From positions 1 to 64,000 of the IMG/VR virus record IMGVR_UViG_3300020538_000003: DNA of 64,000 nt; one strand, given 5' to 3'. This document shows, piece after piece, positions 15,725 to 25,317 of the stretch. This DNA comes from a virus. A program made the position numbers and the translations under genes. Under the pieces are notes generated by a model. The model was not told the origin of the DNA. It made no database searches and was given only the letters and a program-made list of their open reading frames with translations. Position 1 is the first letter of the stretch, and every line of letters starts with the position of its first letter.

Positions 15725-17644
15725 TTAAAAATTACTTACAGCAACTCTGCCCCAAAGATTTTGTCCTGTACATAAGTATAAATTATTTCCGCTATAAGCG
15801 ATTTGTCCTGGGTTGCCATTTTGTGCAGAAGGTCCAGTGAATTGTTTTATAAAAAGAGAATTAAATGATCCAGTTAAAGCGTTTCCAGAGACTACGCCAG
15901 AAATTGTAATTCCATTTTTTAAATTCATTACTGCATTAGATTGATTTATAACCAATATGTCTGAAACGGAAGCGGAACCATATACTCCAGTTTTGTAAAT
16001 TGTTATTGAACTTGGAAATTGTTTATCTCCTGGATTACCAAAATATGGATTAATAATTATATCTCCATCTAAAGTAATATCTCCTTTACCTTGACCAGCT
16101 CTTAAAGAAATATCACCTGGAAGCATTCCCGTGCCAGCTAATATAGCTACACTTCCCCCTTGAGCTGGAGAACCGCCAAAACTATTTGCAGCTATTATAC
16201 TTACCGAACCTCCTAATGAGTAACTTGGACCCCCTATTCCAGAGACACTGCCGCCTGATATGATTACTGAGCCTCCATTCCCCGATATGTTATTTCCACC
16301 TGCTATGTTTACTGTACCTCCTCCTCTTGCTCCCGACCCCATTGAGCCAATAATAGAAATGTTGGATGCAGTTCCTGTATTAATTACTTGACTTGAAATT
16401 GTATTTAAGAAAGCTGTTCCACTAATATAAGCATTAGTGTTTGCGTATATATTATCGGAATAAAGTGATCCTTGAATATATTCATCTGTTTCTGATGTAT
16501 AAATTTGACCAAATGCAAAAATTACTGTTATATATTTGCCATTATCACTTATTGCAATTCCATTGAAATATCCGCTATATCCAGTAATTACTTTTTCAGA
16601 CCAAGATAAACCATAATTAGTTGAAACAAATAATTTAGTATTAGACTTAACTACTTGATATTTGCCATTACCATTCATGACAATTTTGTTCAAAGTGCTA
16701 GAACCAATTGTTTTTTGTTGAAAATTAAATCCATTGTCAAAAGATACATATATTTTATTGCTTTCAGTGAGTGTTATATATTTACCATTAGCGCTTATTG
16801 CAACACTTTCCCATGAAAGAGCGCTAGAAAGTACTGATATTACGCCCCAAGTTTGACCATAATTACGTGATATCATTGGAGATCCATTATATCTAACTGC
16901 AACTATATATTTACCATCGCTACTTATTGAAACATCCGTTAAGAGCGTTGAACCAACTGTACTAAACTGCCAAGAATCTCCATAATCCTTTGATATGTAT
17001 ATAAAACTTTGTCCTGAATCATAACGATTGTCTAATAAAACTTGATATTTACCATCGCTACTTATTGAAATATTTGTATATCTATCACCACCTCTATTAC
17101 TTATAGTTTTTTCGGTCCAAGTGCTACCATAATCTTGAGATACATAAAGCTTTGTACCAACCGCCGATTGATATTGACCATCACTGCTCATTGCACATAT
17201 TGATGCAATAATAGTGTCTAAATTCCTCCAAGTTTTACCAAAATCATTTGACGTATGTATATTAGCAGCACCCGCTGTTTGATGTTTTCCATCGCTACTC
17301 ATTGATATACTCACCCACTGTCTATTAACATTTCTAGCAGTCCAAGATGAACCAAAAGAACTATCTATTAATACGCTATTATTTTGAGAAAATTTAGTTT
17401 TACCTAAGAAAAAAGAATCTGTATAAATTCCAGAAGCTGTTGTAAGTGGCAATTCACTTAATGGATATGTTGGTTGACTTGAAAAGAATAAGTGATCTTC
17501 AAATACACTTGGTTGTGTGAAGTTTGTTGTTCCAGTTATTGTTTGATTGCCGCTAGTATAAATAATATTTTTTGCAAAAATATTTTCAGAAGCATAAATA
17601 TTCCCACTAACCGCTAAATCGTTATATAATGTTTGTTGTCCCAT
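15725..17644 (-). CDS. Tail fibre or spike with Asp-box (BNR) beta-propeller repeats
   Basis: Repeated S.D.G.TW and ISSDGKY units; Gly-rich GG.V.I.GG region. Confidence 0.75.
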   Translation of the reverse strand: MGQQTLYNDLAVSGNIYASENIFAKNIIYTSGNQTITGTTNFTQPSVFEDHLFFSSQPTYPLSELPLTTASGIYTDSFFLGKTKFSQNNSVLIDSSFGSSWTARNVNRQWVSISMSSDGKHQTAGAANIHTSNDFGKTWRNLDTIIASICAMSSDGQYQSAVGTKLYVSQDYGSTWTEKTISNRGGDRYTNISISSDGKYQVLLDNRYDSGQSFIYISKDYGDSWQFSTVGSTLLTDVSISSDGKYIVAVRYNGSPMISRNYGQTWGVISVLSSALSWESVAISANGKYITLTESNKIYVSFDNGFNFQQKTIGSSTLNKIVMNGNGKYQVVKSNTKLFVSTNYGLSWSEKVITGYSGYFNGIAISDNGKYITVIFAFGQIYTSETDEYIQGSLYSDNIYANTNAYISGTAFLNTISSQVINTGTASNISIIGSMGSGARGGGTVNIAGGNNISGNGGSVIISGGSVSGIGGPSYSLGGSVSIIAANSFGGSPAQGGSVAILAGTGMLPGDISLRAGQGKGDITLDGDIIINPYFGNPGDKQFPSSITIYKTGVYGSASVSDILVINQSNAVMNLKNGITISGVVSGNALTGSFNSLFIKQFTGPSAQNGNPGQIAYSGNNLYLCTGQNLWGRVAVSNF

Positions 17645-17659
17645 GTGTTTATTTATCTA

Positions 17660-19351
17660 TTAGTAAGCATTTACGTCTGCATCTACTGTGAATGAACCAA
17701 TCTTAAATGTAATGTTAGATGTTGCTGGCACTGATGCAAATGTACCATGTGTTGCTACATTTATAGCCCTATTAGAGCTTAAACTGTTTGTCGTTGCATA
17801 TCGCATTATATTTGTTTGGTCTAATCTGATAATTTTGTTAGTTGTTGAAGCAGAAGAAGTAAATGTTATATTCGGTTGACCAGCCAAACTACCCCAAGTA
17901 ATTCCTCGGAAAACATGAGATTCTAATGTGGTATTTTCTGTCCAACTTAATGCAGCACCTACACCAACATGATTATAATTAACTATTCTAAAGCTAGTAG
18001 TAATTAACCTTAGATTCATACCAGCAGTTGCGTTATATGTTACCAAAGTCCAAACGTCAGCATTTATCTGAGCACGAGCACCATTACCTGGAAAAGCTGT
18101 ACCAGAACCATTAACAAATCTTCCACAATATACATATGGAATTCTTGCTGCAACATCTCCAGTGCCAGTAATATTAAATACAGTAGCATTTGAAGCAGTA
18201 AATGTATTTGTCATTGCTATAGTTTTAGCATCAACAGACAATACTCCGTTCACAATATTAAAAAGCGTACCATTGGCGGCATCTGGACCAGTAATACTAT
18301 TACATTCAAATGCAACAATAGGTGGTGAAAAAGTATTAATTGAAGCGGGTATTGTTAGTATTCCTGCTGAACCAGTTAATACAAAATCAGCAGATCCTTG
18401 AATACGTATTGAATTAGCTGCTGGAAAATTATTTGTAGCTTGATTAAAAGAAAATCCCGTAACATTATTTGTTATATTAACGGTTGCTCCAGGTTCAAAA
18501 TATAGGCTTCCTTCATTGTTAAGATCGATCTGAGAATTAATTGCATATGTTCCTGCGCGAACATAAATTAAATCACCAGTCGCTGAGGCAGCAGCTGCGC
18601 CAGAAATAGTTGTAAATGGTTTTGACATATCATACTGACTAAGTGAGGTTCTAGTATCTGTACCCACGCTTGAGTCAACATAAAGAGTTTTACTTGTTAT
18701 GATATCTCCACCACCGCCACCTAATTGTTCAATTTTTACATTATTTACATAAACTCCACTAGCAAAATCTAAATGTAATGTATGTTCGCCTTTTGATACG
18801 TGATCTCTATTTTGACCATCAGACATAACCATTGCTCCTGAATGAGATCCAGAAATAATTGATCTTCTTCCAATTATGTTTGAAAATGGAGCTAACGCTT
18901 GATTTGATAATCCACCAAATATATTTGAAAATGCGCCACTTGAATAATTTCCTGAACCACCAGCTATAAATGAATAAGATTCTCCAGAGATTCGATTTAA
19001 ATCACCTCCAATAATTGAAGAACTATTTGATTTTATATCATTTTTATAACCTCCACCAATAAAAGAATAATTACTATCTATTAAAATATTAGATTCTCCA
19101 CCACCAATTAAAGAATAATTTCCTGTGTTAGCATTTCTTAGTCCGCCTAAAATACTACAATGACTGCCTAAAATTATATTAAATCTGCCACCACCAATAA
19201 AAGATGAATAGCTTAAATTTTGATTTGCATCGCCACCAGCAATAGAAGAAAATGCCCCAAAATCAAATAAATTTCTATTTATATTTGTGTTTGCTTGCGA
19301 AAGCACAGTATTGATTTGGGACGCAGTATTGCTTAAAATATAGTTTGGCAT
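17660..19351 (-). CDS. Tail fibre or spike with SxIxGG beta-roll repeats and a pectin-lyase-like domain
   Basis: SFIGGG..N repeats; YVDSS.G.D...PFTTISGA...GDLIYVRAGTY. Confidence 0.75.
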   Translation of the reverse strand: MPNYILSNTASQINTVLSQANTNINRNLFDFGAFSSIAGGDANQNLSYSSFIGGGRFNIILGSHCSILGGLRNANTGNYSLIGGGESNILIDSNYSFIGGGYKNDIKSNSSSIIGGDLNRISGESYSFIAGGSGNYSSGAFSNIFGGLSNQALAPFSNIIGRRSIISGSHSGAMVMSDGQNRDHVSKGEHTLHLDFASGVYVNNVKIEQLGGGGGDIITSKTLYVDSSVGTDTRTSLSQYDMSKPFTTISGAAAASATGDLIYVRAGTYAINSQIDLNNEGSLYFEPGATVNITNNVTGFSFNQATNNFPAANSIRIQGSADFVLTGSAGILTIPASINTFSPPIVAFECNSITGPDAANGTLFNIVNGVLSVDAKTIAMTNTFTASNATVFNITGTGDVAARIPYVYCGRFVNGSGTAFPGNGARAQINADVWTLVTYNATAGMNLRLITTSFRIVNYNHVGVGAALSWTENTTLESHVFRGITWGSLAGQPNITFTSSASTTNKIIRLDQTNIMRYATTNSLSSNRAINVATHGTFASVPATSNITFKIGSFTVDADVNAY

Positions 19352-19383
19352 TTATTTCTATTACACTTCTATTATAAGATATT

Positions 19384-19560
19384 TTAATTTTTATTCAAGA
19401 CTTCCATAGCCTCCTCTTCACTATCAAACCAAACCCATCCATCTACTGGATAGTCATATTGATCTTTGTCTTGAGCTACTAACACGAACCCATTTCCTTC
19501 TACTATGTTTGGAGCATAGAAAAGTTCCTCATTATCTTTTTTGTAAAATCCTGATGTCAT
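19384..19560 (-). CDS. 58-aa protein downstream of the repeat protein
   Basis: Manually translated MTSGFYKKDNEELFYAPN...YDYPVDGWVWFDSEEEA; below the ORF-track cutoff. Confidence 0.7.
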   Translation of the reverse strand: MTSGFYKKDNEELFYAPNIVEGNGFVLVAQDKDQYDYPVDGWVWFDSEEEAMEVLNKN

Positions 19561-19572
19561 AAAATTATGCTG

Positions 19573-22092
19573 TTAAATTACTGCCCAGCCTTTTAATAGG
19601 GCTGTTCCAGTTCTTAATTGTCTAAATGTTAAACTATTTGCACCCCCCGCAGCCATTTGTCGTGATACTGTGATGCTTACGTTGGGGTTAATTGATACAA
19701 CCTGCGTTCTATAGCGTAAAGTTCCAGAACCGTTTGTAGTTAATGCTAGTGGCACTAGACCACCCAATGTTGCCGCTACTTGAAATGTTCCAGCTGTAGC
19801 ATTGACTACATAATAAATTCTATTAGTAACAATACCAGTCGTTGTTACTATAGTTGCAAAAGAAACTTCATCCCCATTACTTAATCCATGACTTGCAAGG
19901 TTGACTAAATCACCTGCGTCTGTGAATGTCACAGCTCTAAATGTTGTAAGAGGGGAACCAGTACCAGTAATTTGCATACCTACAACAATACCAGTTGTAT
20001 TTGCCATACTTATTGTCGTACTACCGACAGTTGTAGTTCCTGTAAGAGTTACAGGTGTCGGCGCTCCCCAATTGTTTGTTACTGTTATTTGTTGAGAAAC
20101 AGTACCTATTGTGTCTAGATAATTGAATATAGATTCTAATTCTTCTTTTGATAATTTACAACCACTATAACTTATTGAATATTCAGATCCGCTTAATGCT
20201 GCTCTTGTAAGTGATATACAACTTGTAAAAATACTACCAAACTTTCCTGTACTTGTTCCAGCACCTGAAATTAATAACGGTACAGTTGTAAGAGAAGAGC
20301 AACCACTAAACATAGAACTCATATTAGTAACAGCTGCTGTATTGAATAACGGTACACTTGCAAGAGAAGAGCAACCACTAAACATACTAACCATATTAGT
20401 AACAGCAGCTGTATTAAACAGTGGTACAGTTGTAAGAGAAGTACAACTATTAAACATACCACCCATATTAGTAACAGCTGCTGTATTAAACAGTGGTACG
20501 CTTGTAAGAGAAGAGCAACCACTAAACATACTACTCATATCAGTAACAGCCCCTGTATTGAATAACGGTACACTTGTAAGAGAAGTACAACTACTAAACA
20601 TACTATTCATACTAGTAACAGCTGCTGTATTAAACAGTGGTACAGTTGTAAGAGAAGTACAACTATTAAACATAGAACTCGTGAATTGCACAGCCCCTGT
20701 ATTGAATAACGGTACACTTGCAAGAGAAGAGCAACCACTAAACATACTAACCATATTAGTAACAGCAGCTGTATTAAACAGAGGTACAGTTGTAAGAGAA
20801 GTACAACCACTAAACATACTAACCATATTAGTAACAGCTATTGTATTAAAAAGCGGTACACTTGTAAGAGAAGTACAACTAAAAAACATACTACCCATAC
20901 TAGTAACAGCTGCTGTATTGAATAGTGGTACACTTGTAAGTGATCTACAGCTAAAAAACATTCCTTCTGGTGGAATATTACCTCCCATAGTAGTAACATT
21001 TTGCGTGTTAAATAATGGTACAGTCTGAAGACGGGAACAAGAGGCAAACATACTATTCATATTAGTAACAGCCCCTGTATTGAATAGTGGAACACTTGTA
21101 AGAGAAGAGCAACCACTAAACATAGAACTCATATTAGTAACAGCTGCTGTATTGAATAACGGTACACTTGTAAGAGAAGTACAACTACTAAACATACTAT
21201 TCATACTAGTAACAGCTGCTGTATTAAACAGTGGTACGCTTGTAAGAGAAGTACAACTACTAAACATACCACTCATAGTAGTAACAGCTGCTGTATTGAA
21301 TAATGGTACAGTATTAAGAGACCTGCAATTATTAAACATACTAGTCATATTAGTAACACTTCCTGTATCAGACAATGATACACTTATAAGACTAGAACAA
21401 CCACTAAATGCACTTGTCATATTAGTAACGTTAGTAGTACCGCTGAGGGATATATTTTTTAATGAAGTTAAATTGGCAAATGAATTAGATAAGTTAGTTA
21501 ATAATCCCATATTGACTCCAGTGAAACTAACTAAATTTTTACAAAAAGCCAAAGAAGCGGTTGCATTACCAAGAGTTAAACCTGTTAAACTTGGGCAAGA
21601 TAAAACTATTTCTAATATAGGAGAAGAATCAGGAAATGTAGATCCCGTTAATGCATATTTTTGGTTAAAGTCTACACTTGTTATATTTTGACCAGCTTGA
21701 GGAGTAATGACTACAACTGCCATTTTATAACCATCACTTGTAACGGTGGCATTTAAATCTGGGTCGGTATAAGAGTATTCATGTTGAGCCTTAACACCAG
21801 ATGCAACATTTTCTGTTACACCATCACCCCAATCAACTGTATATGCTCCAGATATTGTAAAAGCGAGAAAGTTAGATTGTTGCGGAAACACTGGCATCAA
21901 CAAAGCTATTTTTTGCTCTGAAGATATTATAGTCGGCATTGTTAGCCAATCAGCTGGACGTGTCCAAGTACTTGATGTTGAGCTAGTAGGTGATGGTTGT
22001 TTAATACGCAGTCGATCAAATCTATCCTTTTTAAAAAAAGAAGACTTACGTGAGACTAACGGTCCAACTTTATTTCCGTAACGAATACTCAT
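19573..22092 (-). CDS. BspA/DUF285-type repeat protein, probable receptor-binding or virion protein
   Basis: 14 VPLFNT..VT.M..MF..C.SL units; N-terminal WTRPADW and VDWGDG. Confidence 0.85.
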   Translation of the reverse strand: MSIRYGNKVGPLVSRKSSFFKKDRFDRLRIKQPSPTSSTSSTWTRPADWLTMPTIISSEQKIALLMPVFPQQSNFLAFTISGAYTVDWGDGVTENVASGVKAQHEYSYTDPDLNATVTSDGYKMAVVVITPQAGQNITSVDFNQKYALTGSTFPDSSPILEIVLSCPSLTGLTLGNATASLAFCKNLVSFTGVNMGLLTNLSNSFANLTSLKNISLSGTTNVTNMTSAFSGCSSLISVSLSDTGSVTNMTSMFNNCRSLNTVPLFNTAAVTTMSGMFSSCTSLTSVPLFNTAAVTSMNSMFSSCTSLTSVPLFNTAAVTNMSSMFSGCSSLTSVPLFNTGAVTNMNSMFASCSRLQTVPLFNTQNVTTMGGNIPPEGMFFSCRSLTSVPLFNTAAVTSMGSMFFSCTSLTSVPLFNTIAVTNMVSMFSGCTSLTTVPLFNTAAVTNMVSMFSGCSSLASVPLFNTGAVQFTSSMFNSCTSLTTVPLFNTAAVTSMNSMFSSCTSLTSVPLFNTGAVTDMSSMFSGCSSLTSVPLFNTAAVTNMGGMFNSCTSLTTVPLFNTAAVTNMVSMFSGCSSLASVPLFNTAAVTNMSSMFSGCSSLTTVPLLISGAGTSTGKFGSIFTSCISLTRAALSGSEYSISYSGCKLSKEELESIFNYLDTIGTVSQQITVTNNWGAPTPVTLTGTTTVGSTTISMANTTGIVVGMQITGTGSPLTTFRAVTFTDAGDLVNLASHGLSNGDEVSFATIVTTTGIVTNRIYYVVNATAGTFQVAATLGGLVPLALTTNGSGTLRYRTQVVSINPNVSITVSRQMAAGGANSLTFRQLRTGTALLKGWAVI
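20270..21440 (-). repeat. 72-bp tandem coding repeat (about 15-17 units)
   Basis: CTGTATTGAATAACGGTACAC recurs at 20337 and 20697 (5x72 apart); one unit has a short insertion. Confidence 0.9.
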
Positions 22093-22093
22093 A

Positions 22094-22459
22094 TTAACTT
22101 ATCCTATTTACATAGCCAAAAACATTAATGCCACTCAATACACTAGCATTTCCATATATAGAAGATCCTGTAGTTCCATCTCCTTGTAAAATTAAACCAG
22201 GGCAGATTAATGTATTTCCAGCATAAGCCTCAATAACACCTTCAAATAAAATATCAGTTGAAAAATTTGTACCACCATATAATAAATTAAACATTATATC
22301 TGATGCTGTAGAGTTTGTAGCATACAACCACACTTCATCCATTATGCCTGATGATGCTTGTGTTGTGTGTATTGTTGTAGTGTTAGCACCACTGGCAGCT
22401 ATAACAATAGACTTGCCATTTGTGCTTTGTGATAATAATTGCTTTGTATATGTTGCCAT
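22094..22459 (-). CDS. Small virion-type protein
   Basis: 121 aa, beta-rich, ends FGYVNRIS. Confidence 0.7.
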   Translation of the reverse strand: MATYTKQLLSQSTNGKSIVIAASGANTTTIHTTQASSGIMDEVWLYATNSTASDIMFNLLYGGTNFSTDILFEGVIEAYAGNTLICPGLILQGDGTTGSSIYGNASVLSGINVFGYVNRIS

Positions 22460-22474
22460 GATTTTATTTATTTT

Positions 22475-23020
22475 TTATAAAAAGATTGAAAGACCTATGA
22501 TTGTGTTTGAGTTTTCTACTAAAGAGTTTATTTGAGTTTGTAATTCACCACTTATTCCAGTTACATAAGTTTGAGTAGTATAAGAGGATAAATCGACTCC
22601 AGTAATAAACCCACTAGGATTAGAATTTGCGTAAAATTGTCCAGTTTGAGAATTAGTAATAAAATTACCAGTTTCTGATTTTAAAGCATAATTTCCTGTC
22701 GCATTGTTTAGCGTAGAAATTTGTGTTTGTAAACCGCCACTAATTCCTGTAACATAACCAGTGGCGGCATAACCGCTTGGATTATTAGATGAATAAAATT
22801 GCCCAGTTTCACTTGGGCGAACTACATCACCAGTAGTTAAATTAAAATATTGTCCAGAAGAAAGATGATAAAATTGATTATTTACACCTCCTTGCAAATT
22901 TGATAGATTATTGTGATCAACAATCGTTAATCGTTGAGATAAAAGCGAAATTGAACTTACTACGTTTGTTGAAACAGTAATTATATTTCTACCAGTATTT
23001 GAATTTACAATTATTGACAT
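22475..23020 (-). CDS. Tail-fibre-like protein
   Basis: HNNLSNLQGG..NQFYHL; duplicated TGQFY..NPSG...YVTGISG.LQTQI. Confidence 0.7.
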   Translation of the reverse strand: MSIIVNSNTGRNIITVSTNVVSSISLLSQRLTIVDHNNLSNLQGGVNNQFYHLSSGQYFNLTTGDVVRPSETGQFYSSNNPSGYAATGYVTGISGGLQTQISTLNNATGNYALKSETGNFITNSQTGQFYANSNPSGFITGVDLSSYTTQTYVTGISGELQTQINSLVENSNTIIGLSIFL

Positions 23021-23358
23021 GAAATATTTTCCGTGCTAGATTCAGATGTTGTTATTGTGCCTTGCATTAATCTTTCTGTAACTCCATTGGTATTTAATAT
23101 AACATCATAATAACATTCTCCAAATGGTAATTTTTTTGTACCCTCTTCATTTAAACTAAGGATAACACCACTTGGTAAAACTTCGGAAACACTAAATCCA
23201 GTAATTGGAGAAAGACCATAAAATTCAACAATTTCAGATTTTACACAAACATTTGAGTTTGTTAAATCAACGAAAGTGCCATCTGTTTTTTGCAAAACTA
23301 AAGAAATTGAAAAATCAACACCCTTTTCTATTGTGAAGTTATAGATTGCCGCTGCCAT
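23011..23358 (-). CDS. Tail or baseplate adaptor-like Ig-fold protein
   Basis: YNFTIEKG.DF...YYDVIL...RLMQG pattern. Confidence 0.6.
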   Translation of the reverse strand: MAAAIYNFTIEKGVDFSISLVLQKTDGTFVDLTNSNVCVKSEIVEFYGLSPITGFSVSEVLPSGVILSLNEEGTKKLPFGECYYDVILNTNGVTERLMQGTITTSESSTENISCQ

Positions 23359-23360
23359 TT

Positions 23361-24002
23361 TTAAACTTTACACTCATTTTGACTTATTGAATAAAACCAT
23401 GCATTACTATCTTCGGTTGTCCATTTATCGTAACTCTCACAATTCCAAATTTTAGAATTTCCTTTGTAATCTGGTTTTTCTGGGAACGGTTTTGTTATAA
23501 AACTTGGATCTCTCCATTTTAAACGGTTATTAGGTTGTAAAACAAAACACCCATTATCTAATTCAATAAAATGAGAAGATTTATGCTCAAATGGATCAGC
23601 AGCTAAAGTTAAATCTATTCCATGAGAGTAATCTGGACCCCATTGGAACGTCCATAAATAAGTGCCACTTTCCCAGTTTCCATTTTTTAATTTTACGTCT
23701 ACTTTTAAACCAGACAAATAATTAATTGAAATTATTGAAAAATTGGCAGAAAAACAATTCCAAAGCTGTAAATGATGAAATGGTATTTCTGGTGCATTTT
23801 TATCTGTTACGAATGCATGAATTGGAAGTTTATCACGTAAAACACCATTTTCCATTAAAACTTGAAATAGCATTCCTGAACCACAAACAGATCTTGCGCT
23901 AACAATTATACCTCTATCAAATTCACCAAACCCTTTTTCTAAATCATATTGAAACTCTTTTTTAACCCAAACTTTTATAGGTGGAGTGCTTACCTCATGC
24001 AT
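23361..24002 (-). CDS. Conserved phage hypothetical protein
   Basis: LQLWNCFS, YLWT, EHK, QPNNR. Start moved to 24002: GTGTAA lies 8 nt upstream and the longer start overlaps a terminator. Confidence 0.75.
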   Translation of the reverse strand: MHEVSTPPIKVWVKKEFQYDLEKGFGEFDRGIIVSARSVCGSGMLFQVLMENGVLRDKLPIHAFVTDKNAPEIPFHHLQLWNCFSANFSIISINYLSGLKVDVKLKNGNWESGTYLWTFQWGPDYSHGIDLTLAADPFEHKSSHFIELDNGCFVLQPNNRLKWRDPSFITKPFPEKPDYKGNSKIWNCESYDKWTTEDSNAWFYSISQNECKV

Positions 24003-24016
24003 AATAAAATTTACAC

Positions 24017-24046
24017 AAAAAAACCCCCTTGTTTCCAAGGAGGTTT
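24017..24046 (-). terminator. Intrinsic terminator
   Basis: AAACCTCCTTG-GAAA-CAAGGGGGTTT followed by a T run on the minus strand. Confidence 0.75.
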
Positions 24047-24065
24047 AGTTGATATTTAAATTTTA

Positions 24066-24272
24066 TTATTCTCCAGTTTGTTTTGCTTTGCCAACATTAA
24101 TGGCAAGAATATCTATTACCTTATAAGCCTTAGACAAAAATGTACCTTTTTTAGGCGTTGGAGTTATTGCAGAAATTGCTGAAGCTGTGGCAATAACTGA
24201 TGAAATAACACCAAACCAAGGATATTGTTTCATTATTTCTAATGCTGTTTGAATTATGAATAAAGTGTTCAT
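24066..24272 (-). CDS. Small membrane protein (holin-like)
   Basis: Hydrophobic helix followed by ASAISAITPTPK. Confidence 0.55.
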   Translation of the reverse strand: MNTLFIIQTALEIMKQYPWFGVISSVIATASAISAITPTPKKGTFLSKAYKVIDILAINVGKAKQTGE

Positions 24273-24286
24273 ACCTAATGATACAC

Positions 24287-24466
24287 TTATTTTTTCAAAA
24301 ATTCATTTTTTTTGATTAACGCTTCATATGCCCCAGTTCTAATAATTCTTTCTCTTTCGGCCATTGCTTGATCTAAATTATTTAAATTATTTTTTATAAA
24401 AAATAATGGTCCATTTTTTTCGAAACGATATTCAATGTAATATTGACTGTTAAATTTATTTTTCAT
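24287..24466 (-). CDS. 59-aa hypothetical protein
   Basis: Manually found ORF filling the gap, ATGA overlap with hldD. Confidence 0.5.
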   Translation of the reverse strand: MKNKFNSQYYIEYRFEKNGPLFFIKNNLNNLDQAMAERERIIRTGAYEALIKKNEFLKK

Positions 24467-25284
24467 AAATTAATTTTAACCCATTCCTCAACGCTTTTCC
24501 ATTTAAAATCTCCAATATCTTTAACTAATTTATTAGAATTAGAACAAGTAAATGTTTGATACTGTTTTTTTAAATCTTCGGGAAAAGGTATTTCGGTAAT
24601 TTTGCAATTAATTTTATTTTGGATAATTTTAGCAACATCTAAAAAAGATATTGGTTTTCCAGTTCCTAAATTCCAAATTCCATTTAAATGTGGACTTTTA
24701 AGAAATTTGAGATGCATTTCGCAAATATCATCGACTGAAACAAAATCTCTTAAATAGAGGTTGCTGTTTTTAAAAATTTTAATTTCACTTGTATCTTTTG
24801 CTTGTTTATAGAATTTACTTATTGGACTAGCTTGATCACCCTTCTTTTCCTCGTTTTTTCCATAAACATTAAAGTATCTAAATCCTTGATAACCAACTCC
24901 ATATAAAGATAAAAAATTGTCAAACATATACTTGCTATATGCATATGGATTTAATGGTTTGCAAAATTCATTTTCACAAAAATTACTTTCAAGACCATAA
25001 ACAGATGCGCTGCTTGCATATTGAAATTTTACATTATGTATTAAACACTGATTGTAAAGCTTGAAAGAGAAATCAAAATTTTGTATCAAAATTTTATTCA
25101 AATCTTTTTCTGTCGTATTTGAATTTGCCCCAAGATGAATAACCCAATCATAATTCTTTATATCAGGAAGTTCTTTATTAGATTCAATTAAATCAAATCC
25201 ATCTACATGGTATCCATTTTTAATTAAAAATGGCATTAAATTTTGGCCAATAAAACCAAGATGACCAGTAAGTAAAATTCTCAT
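24463..25284 (-). CDS. hldD: ADP-L-glycero-D-manno-heptose 6-epimerase
   Basis: TGHLGFIG, HLGANSNTTE, YASSASVYG, YAYSK, GFRYFNVYG..E.KK, RDFVSVDD. Confidence 0.85.
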   Translation of the reverse strand: MRILLTGHLGFIGQNLMPFLIKNGYHVDGFDLIESNKELPDIKNYDWVIHLGANSNTTEKDLNKILIQNFDFSFKLYNQCLIHNVKFQYASSASVYGLESNFCENEFCKPLNPYAYSKYMFDNFLSLYGVGYQGFRYFNVYGKNEEKKGDQASPISKFYKQAKDTSEIKIFKNSNLYLRDFVSVDDICEMHLKFLKSPHLNGIWNLGTGKPISFLDVAKIIQNKINCKITEIPFPEDLKKQYQTFTCSNSNKLVKDIGDFKWKSVEEWVKINL

Positions 25285-25289
25285 GCCAA

Positions 25290-25317
25290 ATTATAGACGC
25301 AAGAACAATAAAGTCAA
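25290..25317 (-). promoter_or_regulatory. Sigma70-like promoter for hldD
   Basis: TTGACT-16-TATAAT, 5 nt before the ATG. Confidence 0.7.

Noticed and set aside
20270-21440. Possible CRISPR array or DGR template/variable repeat
   Set aside because: The repeats are in-frame coding units without unique spacers; no cas or reverse transcriptase gene is in the window
20342-21691. Long antisense ORFs (228 and 203 aa)
   Set aside because: By-product of the stop-free repeat unit on the opposite strand
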